DNA of 63,054 bases, the filler included, from Gonapodya sp. JEL0774 (taxonomy: Eukaryota), in NCBI GenBank assembly GCA_027604505.1. It is 27 parts of 27 records of this genome, joined end to end, with 100 filler letters (N's around TTAATTAATTAA, not from the genome) between each part and the next. Parts side by side here need not be neighbours in the genome. Positions count along the whole stretch, not along the records: positions 23,504 to 25,746 come from JADIIX010002096.1; positions 25,847 to 28,088 come from JADIIX010002097.1; positions 28,189 to 30,427 come from JADIIX010002098.1; positions 30,528 to 32,764 come from JADIIX010002099.1; positions 32,865 to 35,100 come from JADIIX010002100.1; positions 35,201 to 37,434 come from JADIIX010002101.1; positions 37,535 to 39,766 come from JADIIX010002102.1; 20 more parts are not named here. One strand, 5' to 3'. The notes under the pieces are model-generated. The model ran no database searches. It worked only from the letters and a program-made list of their open reading frames with translations, and was not told where the DNA came from. Each line of letters starts with the position of its first letter. Positions within the stretch are counted from its first letter, which is position 1. Below, piece by piece: positions 25,025-38,407 of this stretch. Position numbers and translations under genes: made by a program.

Positions 25025-25746
25025 GATATGCACGCTCTTCGTAGTGGGATTTCCAGATGACATACAGGAAAGAGAGTTTCAGAACATGGTGAGTTTTGTT
25101 TGGTGTTTGCTCCCGAGAGGACAAACCATAACGATGGATCTCCGCCCTCTCCGCCATTCGCGATCGTCGCTCTTTCATCATCGCCTAATTACCGCTCGAT
25201 CACGCTCTGAAACTGGTGTTTAGTTCATATTCAGCCCCGGGTTCGAAGCAGCGGCACTCAAAAAACCCGATGAGGATGATGGCATGCAGCAGTCCCTGAT
25301 TCGCCGCCAAATTGTGAGCATCAAACCAGTTTAGCTTCTCCACCATGCTTTAAATGTGTGCTTTTACGGTGCCATATCTCACACCAACGACATTGTTTGG
25401 AAAGATTGGTTTCGTGAAGTTCCGTACAAAACAAGATGCATTGGAGGCAAGGGACATCCTCACAGGTCGGAAGGCGAGTTTTAACAGCATTGGAGTACGA
25501 CCTTTGAGCGCGGGCCGTTTACTTACTAAATTGCTCACTGCTGGGAACCTCAATGGGCTCGAAACCACAATAGGTTGATGCAATTAGGGGATCCACCCTC
25601 AAGGCCGACCTAGCCCGCAAGAACCTCCACACACGTCGCGGCCTCACCATCGACTATGCCCCAAGCAGCAATTACTCGTACGCCACTCACGTTCAGCACT
25701 ATTCGAAAAGGTACACAAGCGCCCAGCATGCAAACGCTTCTCAGGT
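25025..25746 (+). CDS. RRM RNA-binding protein, Whi3/Scw1-like (spliced, partial; start possibly ~24883)
   Basis: Exons read TLFVVGFPDDIQEREFQNM | FIFSPGFEAAALK | IGFVKFRTKQDALEARDILTGRK | GSTLKADLARKNLH. Confidence 0.85.
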
Positions 25747-26450
25747 NNNNNNNNNNNNNNNNNNNNNNNNNNNNNNNNNNNNNNNNNNNNTTAATTAATT
25801 AANNNNNNNNNNNNNNNNNNNNNNNNNNNNNNNNNNNNNNNNNNNNGGTTCAGCCGCATGCCGAATGCATGTTCAAACATGCAAATGATGCTGCAAGCCG
25901 GTGAGAACGGCCAAAAGGCTGACAGCTCATTGTGCTTTACGTGAGAGGACAACACGAACCAGATTGAGCCTGTGATTACTGTATGTACCCTGGTATTTAA
26001 ACAAAGTCCCAACCATAAATCAAAGGACGCACGCATCGATGCTTCATCGTGAAAAGTCCCTTCCGAACCAAGACTGTGCTGCTGATGCGCAAGCGCTGCC
26101 GGAGGGACCATCATAACACTGCATGAGAGACGTCCTCCGGTAAACCGCAAGAAATCACTTGTTTCAGACATGCCTGGAATCAACGTCTCAGTGCTGCTCA
26201 TGGGTGTGGTATGCCACTCTTGTGTCTCCCTTCGGCGGTCCAGGTTGAACGATTCAAGCCTATGTATAATGTGCTAAACGATCGCACCATTACTGTTACT
26301 ATCAGAACGCTCAATGTGGGTCGAGAGAATCGGCGAGCGCCAGCAAATGTCAGTCGGCGCGAGAACGTGAAGCAGTCCGAAGTATGATGTCATGATTTGA
26401 TCATGTTGCATTGCCCTCGGAACGGCTCCCAAGTTTCAGACATAAAACCA

Positions 26451-26880
26451 ATGTCAACCACCTTTCCCATCGCTTCGCCTCCCATAGAAATCATCCTCGT
26501 TGTCGGTTCTCTTCTACCCTGCCGCCTCGGCTTGCCCACCGGCTCCCTGTAACACCATCTGCTGGCGATCTTCCGCACACCCAGAAAGATCGCCACTCGA
26601 GTACTCTCCCACCACTCAAACCCATCCGAAGCACTTGTACGCGAGGCAGGGCGATCAGAATCCGACGCGTATCTAGTCGTGGAGGCTGTCTGTGCGATGA
26701 CGGTGAACCTGCTTCCAGACATTTTCAATTCGCCTCCTCCAGTGGATCCGGGGTACTAGGTTGACGAATCTGTGTCCTCTTGCCGCGGCAGCACGGATAG
26801 GAAACTTGGAAGTCGTAAGGGCGCTTGTGAGGCTCGGTGCAGACGTTCACGCGTCAAGAGAACTGCTTGGAACCATAGTT
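26451..26880 (+). pseudogene. Decayed member of the F-box-like/ankyrin family
   Basis: PIEIILVVGSLLPCRLGLPTGSL*HHLLAIFRTPRKIATR...PLAAAARIGNLEVVRALVRLGADV, with two in-frame stops and truncation after one ANK repeat. Confidence 0.8.
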
Positions 26881-27788
26881 GCACGCATGGCAGTCTATAC
26901 AACTGCAATGTCCGATCAGGTATCATATTTCAAAGAGTACAACACTATTGAGCAACTCGAGCAGAAAGTTGATGAGATTGGCATTCTTACACACAGAATT
27001 CACCAAAACCTGCACCGTATCGGAATAATCGGATTTTCTGTCTTGTAGAGACTCACATATCGTGCAGCTTTTCATTACGGTGCTCAAGTGGGGCTGTATT
27101 TGGAGCCGAGGATTGCAGTTGGCGATCTCGAAGTCACTGCTTCAACCAAGTGTGGTCAGTTCAGCTGAATCTGTTAGTTCCAGTGTCATTTCAATCACGC
27201 CAAGAAGTCGCATTTTTGCTCCCGACTCTGGCATAGACTTCCTACAAAAGCGACGGAAAACTCTGGGCTCAAATCTCGATTTTACCATCGGGAGGAATCC
27301 TGTTACAGACAGAACCAGGGAGACGGGAGAGCTTGGACGCCTTGTTGGGGGGTTAAATATCTATTAGTCATCCTCAGCACAGTAGCTGCTTACCGTTGTA
27401 TTCAGGAGTTAACAAAATCTTCTTTTGTGGGAGGGTTGAGCTAGAATGATGTGTTAAGGTGTTCGGTATTCGCAGCCAGGCGTCACCGCCTCGCACCTTT
27501 CCCGGCCAAATAGCAAACTCGAGCGAGACAAAGTGCCCGCCGCTGGTGTAATTAATACCTCCCTAAGTGGACAGGTGATCTTCCATTGTTCAGAGTGTTT
27601 TGTCAAAGGTAGTCTTATCATGTTCATCATTTGTTATTACCGAAGACAGATAATAAGTTCTCAGCACTAAGAAGGATTTCTCACTGTTTTCTTTGTGGGA
27701 TTCGGCTGGGTTCGAGAGGTGTTGCGTCACAACAACATCACCTACAATCTCGTTATCCGAACGTATCCTATCCAGACCATACGCAAAC

Positions 27789-28088
27789 ATGACGACGACA
27801 ACGGAAAACGATCTCGAGACACCAACCCGGTTTATGAAGAACGAGGGACTGAGCTTGGGGCTTGCGACGTCGGATATGGTGACAGGAGGTTTCACGAGCA
27901 TGGTCAGTAGAGGGCCGACAAAGATGGAGAGCATCAGGTGTTTCAAAAGTTCGGAAAGACTGACCAAATGATTACATACGGCTTGATTCTACGCTTCAGC
28001 TTCTCGCGGGGTTCACAAATCCATTTGAGGAATCCTTCTCGGGAGCGACCTCAAGTACACCCAGTACAACCACAGGTGCCTCAAGCGC
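27789..28088 (+). CDS. ATF2/Atf1-like bZIP factor N-terminus (3'-partial)
   Basis: DLETPTRFMKN...|...TNPFEESF resembles the ATF2 TPTRFLKN and fungal Atf1 NPFEQSF motifs. Intron 27903-27999. The bZIP domain itself is not in the contig. Confidence 0.6.
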
Positions 28089-28207
28089 NNNNNNNNNNNN
28101 NNNNNNNNNNNNNNNNNNNNNNNNNNNNNNNNTTAATTAATTAANNNNNNNNNNNNNNNNNNNNNNNNNNNNNNNNNNNNNNNNNNNNCTCCTCTCTTGT
28201 CCTCCAG

Positions 28208-28258
28208 AGCGGTGCTACAAAGAAGAAGATTGTGATTGCCGACTGCGGTCAGCTGTAG
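28208..28258 (+). CDS. Cyclophilin A-type PPIase, last exon
   Basis: SGATKKKIVIADCGQL* after a pyrimidine-rich CAG acceptor. Confidence 0.88.
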   Translation, partial: SGATKKKIVIADCGQL

Positions 28259-29037
28259 ATGGAAGTCTATTGTTAGCTCACTTCTGACACATCACAATTA
28301 GAAAAATAAACTCTGCTGGTGGGATCAGTTCATCTTTCTATTCAACGCAGCATCCGTTGTACCGAAGTATCGCAAACACTGGCACTGCAGGCGGCACATC
28401 CTGTCTGCCTGGTTGATCACAGGGGGCCTTTAAAACGCTCCCAATGTTTATACACAAGCATGGAGTGGTGATTCAATTTGGGGAGCACAATGATTTCGGA
28501 TATCGACAAGAGCGCTTCCGAGAGCCTTCCTCTTGCTAATGTTCAAAAACTCTTCTGTTCCATGGTGGGATATTTACTTCACAAGGCGGAATGTGCAGCA
28601 TATCCACTTGCGATTGCGCTGAAACCTCATCCTCTCTGGACTAGTGCCAACTATATCATATTCACAACCAACAAATTTCTCACGCCACGTAATAATCACA
28701 TCAATTCTCCAAGATCTTCTCGAACCTGTCACTGGTATAACTTGAATCACGACGCTGTGTGCGCCTTCAATTGTGGGCACGAAAATATATTGATGTCCCA
28801 AAACCAAATACATCCCCTCAGGCGCGGTTCCCCGAGATTTTATGTGTAGCTGGCATCTTTTGAGGCACACAATTGTGCGCACTGCTTGCTCTGTGACCAC
28901 GAGACCATGCAAAGCTCACACACACGCCATTTGGAAATTGGATAAGCGAATACTGGGCCGTCACTACACACATGACAGTTCAAATGAGCCTTACAGACAC
29001 CAAACAGAAACGTTTCACGCCATCGGGCGGAACTCAC

Positions 29038-30427
<1,390 letters not shown>

Positions 30428-30527
30428 NNNNNNNNNNNNNNNNNNNNNNNNNNNNNNNNNNNNNNNNNNNNTTAATTAATTAANNNNNNNNNNNNNNNNN
30501 NNNNNNNNNNNNNNNNNNNNNNNNNNN

Positions 30528-32764
30528 CGCAAGGAAAAGGAGAAGGGCTCTTCATCGCCCAGCGACTCAAGTTCCATTAGCTCTGACTCGGATGATGACT
30601 CTTCACTGACCGGAGATACTGCAGCCACGCCAGTATCAGCCTTGCCAACGACCCCCAAACGGAAAGCTGCAACCCGACCTCCCAAACCTTCCGCATCCCG
30701 GCCCGCGCAACCACCTTCCACTTCTTCAGCTCTACCCTCTGACCGTCGTGCACCCGCACCACGCACGGGATACCTCTTCAAAGGCGACAATACCGTTATC
30801 AATGGGTACAAACGCCGTCCCGTGAAACTGATTCTAATTAACACACCCGACAGATCCGGCCGAACACCAATGTTTCGGTACTCGAACTCGGGTGACATGT
30901 TTGCGGTACGCGCTCTCATTGATGCTGGAGCTCAAGTGGACCTGCACGATAACGCTGGGTGGACACCTTTGCACGAGGCCTGTCTGAGTGGGAGGACCGA
31001 GGTGGCGGAATTGTTACTCAAGCGAGGAGCCGACGTAACAGCCGCTGCGCTGGAGAGCGGTGACACCCCATTGCATGATGCGGCCGAGAACGGTCACGTT
31101 GGCGCAGTGGAGGTGCTCCTGCGACATGGAGCGGATCCACACCAGCGCAACAAGGAGGGCCGCACAGCCGTAGACGTTGCTGAGGAGCAGCCCGAGGTTC
31201 TGAAAGTGCTTCGTTCGTGGTGCGATCGAGCAGCTCACGCTCACGAGAGGGACAAATACGGGCAATCGCAACTCCACCTTGTCGCCATGTCTGGAGACAC
31301 TGTTGCGGTCGGACACTTGCTGAGGCTTGGTGTGGATGGGGACGCAAGGGATAACGCAGGGTGGACACCGCTGCATGAGGCGTGTCTAGCTGGTCGGGAG
31401 GACGTGGCACGCATGCTGTTGGAATATGGATGTGAGGTAGACCCCAGGGCCAAAGGGGGGGACACACCCCTCATGGACGCTTGCGCTAACGGGCACAGCG
31501 GCTGTGTGAGAGCGTTGCTGGAGTACGGCGCGGACTCGAAGGCGAAGAACTCGGGAGGCAAAACGGCGCGGGATGAGTGCAAGCCGAGTGTGGAAGGCGA
31601 TGCGTGCAGGGAGCTCGTGGACAGTGATCCGGCCAGATGGCAGCCAGTAAAGAAACCTCGGTTTGTCAAGATGGCTGCGCCAAGACAGGGCGATGCGCTG
31701 GTCGTCCATGGGGTAGTTGGAAGGGAGGAGGGAGGCGTCCTTATTGCTGGGTCACAGGTCGGCGGTACGACAACTCCAACATCTCTCTCTGCCCACCGCC
31801 AGCGCCGAGCATCTTTTGGCTCGGATTCTGGCTCTCATCGGAGTGGCTCTGAGCGGGGCAAGACGGCATTCGAAAAGGAGATTGACCGGTTAGGAATCGG
31901 GTTCCACTGGTGGGATCGGTCGGTAACAGCAGCCGACATGACAGCACAGTTCTCGAGCAAGAGAGAAGAAAGGAAATTCAGAGAGCTCGTGAAGCGATTG
32001 GAGGATCAGGGCAGAGGGGCAGGTCCCTCAGGCGGACTGGCTCGTATGAAGGAAGAGGATGACGCTGGTGATGACGGTGACGGCGACATTGCTATAGGAG
32101 ATGTGGAGAACAAAATTGCAACTGAGAATATCAAGCTAGAGAGTTCCTCTGCGTCAGCTCATGAGGGACACCAACAACCCCAGACGTACAACGTGCAGGC
32201 ATCCCCGCACGACTCTCGGCCTCCCTCGCCACCAACGTCACCGCATTTCCCCCCAGAATTTATACCTGACCCCGAGTATGCGGATCTCGACTCTAAGCTC
32301 TGGAGGCAAGGGAAGCGCATTCGAACTGCTTCCGAACTGGACGACGAATATGATGAGGCTCCAACTCAGGCGCGAAGGAGGAGTGGTGAACGAAGTAAGA
32401 GTGGTGGAGAGACGAGCGAAGGAATGGAGGGTGTGGTGGAAAGCAGGGCGAGTAGTGAGGGGAAAGAGAGAAAGGATGGAAAGGAGAGTGGTGAGAGGAA
32501 GAAGAAAGCGGATGGCAAGGACAGAAGTGAAAGGAAGCACAAACGGAAAAAGAATGAAGACAGGCCCGATAAGAGAGATAGGAAGGACGACAAGCCCAAT
32601 GTAGAGGGAGCTTTGCCGAAGCACGACCCAGAAGCGACTTTTGACCAGCGATCCATCAATGCTGATGGAGAGCTGGGCAAGCGCAAAAGGGATGCACTTG
32701 GTGAGCAATGGACTTGAATCTGAGTTGATACTGGGCTCTTGCTGATTATATCACGTTTCTCAGT
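30528..32764 (+). CDS. Ankyrin-repeat nuclear protein (Hos4/ANKRD11-12-like), partial
   Basis: Two clusters of DNAGWTPLHEAC / GDTPLHDA ankyrin repeats followed by a charged low-complexity region; probable intron donor at 32701. Confidence 0.85.
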
Positions 32765-32959
32765 NNNNNNNNNNNNNNNNNNNNNNNNNNNNNNNNNNNN
32801 NNNNNNNNTTAATTAATTAANNNNNNNNNNNNNNNNNNNNNNNNNNNNNNNNNNNNNNNNNNNNCGTTCCCTTCCTGGCGCCTCAGGCCTAAGGCCGTGG
32901 CCATTCACTTAAACGTAAAAGTCACCATCGTTGTCGACAAGAACCATCCCACTTAAACT

Positions 32960-33599
32960 ATGGGTTCTTCGCAGAGGTGTGCTGATTGCGCTTGAGAAAG
33001 AGTCTTTCCACACCCCAACTTCATTTCAACTTCATGTCACTTCGGATGTCTCACAACCCCCTCATCTCACTCGAAAATACTCGGCGATCTCCACGCTTCC
33101 CAGCCGATTCACACCGGAACAAATCGCTGAATTTCAGCAGGAACAGCTTCTTGCCTCAGTCCAAGATATGCGTGGCTGGGTCAAAAAGCGTAACTTCCGT
33201 GTTTCAGCTGGATCAAGGTGAGTGACGAGGACGTCATAGCAAGCGACAGACAGGGGAGAAAATGAGATAATCTCCTATCTTTGCTCCAATAGAAGCCGGT
33301 ATTCCGGGTATGCTTCTACAAACTGTAGTGGCGCCGTTGTCGTCACGGGGCGGCGTGTCGTCTTCCAAGCGAACGGAAACTTCACCCTTAGCATTCCACA
33401 TGCGCGGGCGCCTGGAACTCAAATCCAAATTCGGATGGATCCAAAGGATTCAGACTGGCTGGAAGTGGAGTTCGAAGCTTCACACATGGTCAACAATGCG
33501 CATGGCATTTGTACCGTACAACTGAAAGCAGGTCCTGAGGCAGCAAATGTTACCAGGCTTTGCAATGAGCTATCCCAACAAGCTTCAACGTTGATGTGA
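32960..33599 (+). CDS. Small hypothetical protein, possibly PH/GRAM-like
   Basis: A phase-compatible intron at about 33218-33292 joins ...VSAGSR to SRYSG...SGAVVVTGRRVVFQ. The start codon is unresolved. Confidence 0.35.
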
Positions 33600-34427
33600 G
33601 TGGCGGAAGAAATGATTGTTGCTACTTGAATCACAACGTTGCTGCTTACTGGTATATGTAGTGCACGTGTCCCTCCTGAATCACTACCGAAAGCTTTTCT
33701 ATACGGCGCACCTGGAACGCCAATCAGAATCCAAAAAGGATCACCGCCTGTGCAAGTTCCTGTGCTTTAATTTAACTCGGATGGCGGGACAATTCCCTTT
33801 AAGAATTTACTAATATTCTCAACTTCTGTAATGTACTAGTGTGATTTCATTCAGTCTTCTTGCACCAATACCTCACGGCTTTAGCCTTGGGCTACTAGCG
33901 TATGCTCGTACGAAGTTCCTGGGTACATCTGTCATGGTCTACCGGGCTGTACCGCTGCAATGTCAATGAGTCCCAAGTTCCACGGTTTGCAAAATCTGCT
34001 CTGGTGCCATGGGCATCTATATAGCTGTCTCAGCAGCAGGAGACTCTCCAACTTGATGTTGCGTCAAGATTCGTCAGCCCTCTCATGTCAACCCCCGAAG
34101 AAGCAGCGACGGTGGTCGCTTACTTGGTTGCAGCGAATGATGACAAGTGGCAGGCAATGAGATTGCTGTCTGGTGGTTCGAATGCGCCCTTATACATTCA
34201 CCGGGGATATGTCAGTGCGCAGCCACTGCTGACGAGCGCATTGGTGCGAAACTGTGAGATGAACTTGGGAATCTCATTAGTAGCGAGGTGCTCCCACTGC
34301 TCTTCTATAAGACTTTGATGTCATTTTTAGAGAATACATAATGTGCACTTGTGTGATTCAGAGATCAGGGACAATAATTTCGGAACCACCCTTCCGATCC
34401 ATTTCACTTTCAGAAAGATCCAACGCA

Positions 34428-35100
34428 ATGTCGAAGCTGATTATCGTGGAGCGCGATGGCCCTGTAGGCATTGTAACAATGAATCGACCAGAGGTATGTT
34501 CAGATCGTCTCTTTTTTCCTCAGTACCCAGTGCAGCGTGTAACGTTCCGATAGGCCATGAACTCTCTTTCGCGAGCTCTTCAACTTTCGCTTGCCCAAAA
34601 TCTTGCTCTCCTCGAAGCGGATCCCTCGATCCGAGCGATCGTTCTGACTGGCGCCGGCGAGCGTGCATTTACGGCGGGCCTTGACTTGAAAGAAGTTGGG
34701 AGCACTGGCCTGCAGTCAGGAATGCCTCGGGGGTTCGGAGAAGACCCAGTAAAGACTCTGGAGGGAATGACGAAACCGGTAATCGGAGCGATCAACGGAG
34801 TGGCTATTACGGGAGGATTTGAGGTCGCATTGGCATGTGACATTTTGATTGGGTCCACAAATGCCAGGTTTGCAGACACGTAAGCTCTAATTTGAGTCAT
34901 ATCTATCACCGAATGTGTTTGCATTAATGTGTCTGCCCTCTCAGCCACGCTCGTGTGGGCGTCATTCCTGGATGGGGACTTTCCCAACGCCTGTCTCGTC
35001 TCATCGGAATATCCCGTGCCAAAGAACTTTCCCTTTCTGGCAACTTCCTCACCGCAGATATCGCTCTCTCTTGGGGCTTGCTTAACCGTGTTGTGCCTCC
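34428..35100 (+). CDS. Enoyl-CoA hydratase/crotonase (3'-partial, introns 34494-34553 and 34880-34944)
   Basis: MNRPEAMNSL, AFTAGLDLKE, KPVIGAINGVAITGGFEVALACD, FADTHARVG. Confidence 0.95.
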
Positions 35101-35200
35101 NNNNNNNNNNNNNNNNNNNNNNNNNNNNNNNNNNNNNNNNNNNNTTAATTAATTAANNNNNNNNNNNNNNNNNNNNNNNNNNNNNNNNNNNNNNNNNNNN

Positions 35201-36347
35201 ATCACAACTTTGCGCCCCATATCGAGGCCGTTGAGGTCATCACGGGGGTCAGGCTCAGTATAGCCAAGATCCCGGGCAGTCGCGACAGTTGAGGAGAAGG
35301 TGGGCGGATGGCCGCTGGTGGGGGGCGCAGTGGGAGAGAAGATGTTGCTGTGGACCAGAGGGAGTGATGAGGGCAGATGAGTCGCAAGAATCGGAGAGAA
35401 AAGAGATATCGTGCGACCGGATCCCTCTACGGGAAGAAGTCGCAGGAAACTCACAAGATGTAGCTCAACGTTCCACTGAAAACACCTTCGATCCTCGTGA
35501 CTTTATCGCCCGTTCGGACCAAATCCTCTATTGTGCTAAGAACGGGCAGCCCAGCTCCAACACTACTCTCGTGGTAGCACAGAGGATACTTTTTGATTCT
35601 GTCTGCGTCTGCAGGGTGGGTCAAGGAACGGATTTGGTGGAAGAGCGACAAGGGCCCCGAGAAGGCTTTCTTGTTTGGGGTGGCAATATGAAGACCACTA
35701 GTGAGGAGCGAAGGATACAGTGATGCAACGTGCTCTGATGCCTGGATTGGGGTCGAGTTCATGGGAGGATCGGATGAGTATATGAGTCAATAGGTCATTT
35801 CCGCTCGAAGGAAGTTTTTTCCAAAGTGGATACTCACCGTGCAATCCACGACAATAGCGGGTTGATTTTTCTTCAAATGCTCTACGAAGCCATCGAAAAG
35901 CCCATTCTCGGGTGCCTTGGCGACGTCCTCTTTCCACGAGGACAAGTCCAATCCAGGAGCAGTAGGCGTTGGTGTGTGAGTCAGCAAGTGTTTGGAGGTG
36001 AGAATTGCGACTATAGGCAGGGAAGTGGCATTGCGGGCGTTGTAAAGACTGATCTGGTGGAATCGCGTCACAACGAGTGATGAACACCGCTGGGAAGAAT
36101 TGAAGTTATCGGGAGCAACCGACCTGTCGCAGCAGCTCAGATCCCACGCCACCTGACGGGCAATCGCGAAGATAAAAATAACGGGTGAGTGACCGGGAAA
36201 GAATTGGAATGGTAATCAGCTCAGGGTAATCGCCCGCCCCAGGAAAATGGACCGGTGATTGGTGCGGTAAAAGGAAACGATGCTCTCATGGTTGAGCGAT
36301 TCACTGTACTAGAACTTACCAGCGCCGATAAATCCGATGTTGACCAT
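35201..36347 (-). CDS. HOM6: Homoserine dehydrogenase (3'-partial, spliced)
   Basis: MVNIGFIGAG, VVDCT, ATPNKK, ESSVGAGLP, IEGVFSGTLSYI, GYTEPDPRDDLNG.D.GRK. Confidence 0.96.
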
Positions 36348-36563
36348 GTTTCTCAGCGTGCCGAATGGGTCGAAGATGGGAGTATTGTTGTTTCAAAATG
36401 GCTTTGGTCACCGCACATACAAATCAATCAGACAATCGATAAGAATAAAATATATGGAATACATCTATGTACGGAAGCATAATGCACACAAATACGTAGC
36501 GCCACTTAAAGAGTGATGGAAAAATGCAAACTCCATCCTGATTCTCCTCAGCAGCACTGCAGC

Positions 36564-37434
36564 TCACACCGGAGTTCTAACCGGACCGAGCTCCACACCC
36601 GCAGTCCGTAGCGCATCCAACACAACATTCGAAGCCAGTACTTGCCCGAACACCTTTTCTAAAGTGACTTGATCTTCCGCAAAGAACGCTTGGTCGTAGA
36701 CGTGGCCGGTTTCGTCGTATTTCATGCGGTTGAGGAGGTCACCTTGCCAGGAGTCTCCAGATGGGAGAGTAAGCATAACGTACTGTTGAGAGCGAGTTTG
36801 TGATGTGATCTCAATATGTTCCCTCCATTCTGTGACAAAGTAGGAAGCCGAACCTGTGCTTTAAAAGCATACCCATTGTCCCATACGAGGGTTTCTAGCT
36901 TCGGTGAGAAAACAAGCTCCTAGAATAAAGGATTCCAGAAGAGACACGAGGGGTGAGCAACTACTTGTGATGCGCTTGAGTATCAATACGACTCATTTAT
37001 GCTCACCTCAATTCCCGCTGTGCATGCAATTCCAAAAGCTCTCCAAAACTGTCTTGAAGTTTTCGGAAGGCGACCGAGGCTATTTGGTCGGATCGTAACC
37101 GATCGGGTGAATCGCCAGCACGTGCGCCGATCACCATCCGGCGAACATCACTATCAGCTGACACCGCTCTGAAGCAGAAAGAAAAAACTCACTTTGGGAG
37201 GTTGCCCATGAACTGTGTTACACTATCTTCTGTAAACATATCCTGATACCCTGTATCGAACCGCGTAATAGTTCGTGTACACAACCGACACGCTTGGAGT
37301 TATCCAGTCTTGAAAACCCACAACTGTCCAGATTGATCTCACCCTCATAGTCTCCCCGTGCTAACGCCTCTGACGATCTCCCAATAACTTCCCGTGCCAG
37401 AACTGCGTTCCTGCTGGACTGAGATACTTGAGGC
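36564..37434 (-). CDS. SnoaL/NTF2-like fold protein (spliced, 5'-partial)
   Basis: Exons ...EALARGDYEG | YRDMFTEDSVTQFMGNLP...YDETGHVYDQAFFAEDQVTLEKVF fit a SnoaL-like pattern. The fold is inferred. Confidence 0.45.
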
Positions 37435-37534
37435 NNNNNNNNNNNNNNNNNNNNNNNNNNNNNNNNNNNNNNNNNNNNTTAATTAATTAANNNNNNNNNN
37501 NNNNNNNNNNNNNNNNNNNNNNNNNNNNNNNNNN

Positions 37535-38407
37535 GGTGTCATGTTTTTGATTGGTTTGTGAGTGCAGAAGGACGATGTGGAGGCTGTTAAGTGGTACAGG
37601 AGGGCCGCCGACCAGGGTAATGCTAATGCGCAGGTCGGTCTTGGTTTCATGTATCAGCAGGGCAAGGGTGTGCAGAAGGATGAGGCGGTGGCTGTGAACT
37701 GGTACAGGAGGGCCGCCGACCGGGGGCTCGCACCGGCCCAGTCAAATCTTGGTTTGATGTACGAGGACGGGCGGGGTGTGCAGAAGGATGAGGCGGAGGC
37801 TGTGAAGTGGTATAGGAGGGCCGCCGATCAGGGTGACGCAATGGGGCAAATCAACCTCGGGTGGATGTACGTCAGCGGTCGCGGTGCATCACGGGATGTA
37901 CAGGAAGCGAGGAAACTCTTCACAGCCGCCGAGGAGCAGGGAAATGCTTGGGCACAGTTCAATCTTGCATACTTTTTTTACTTGCATGGTCTTGGTGGTT
38001 GTGAGCGTGATGTGGGAAGGGCAGAGGCACTGTTCAAGAAATTTGGTGATGATGGGCTTACTTTGGCGCTTGGGATTCTCCGTGAGCGTGGGTGGGGCGG
38101 AAGACCAAAAGATGAGCAGAAAGCCGTGGATTACTATTTGAAAGATCTCCAATGCGGGGCAAAGACTCTACTAGCAGGCATGTACGAGGACGGTCGAGGA
38201 GGATTAGATCAGGACCTAGGGACCGCCGTGCGCTTGTACTCCGAGGCACTAGACAAGGGGGACGTGGTCGCTGCAGTGGGTCTCGGTCGTATGTACGAAA
38301 TGGGAGTCGGAGGATTGGCAAAGGACGCGAACAAAGCGATCGAGATGTACGAGTTGGCGAATACGTGGGAGGCGCGAGTCGCGTTGGAGCGGCTGAGGGG
38401 GTCGTGA
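37535..38407 (+). CDS. Sel1/HCP-like repeat protein (5'-partial; in-frame TGA at 37559-37561)
   Basis: Repeated AQ.NLG.MY..G.GV.KD..EAVKWYRRAADQG units of 36 aa. Confidence 0.92.
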
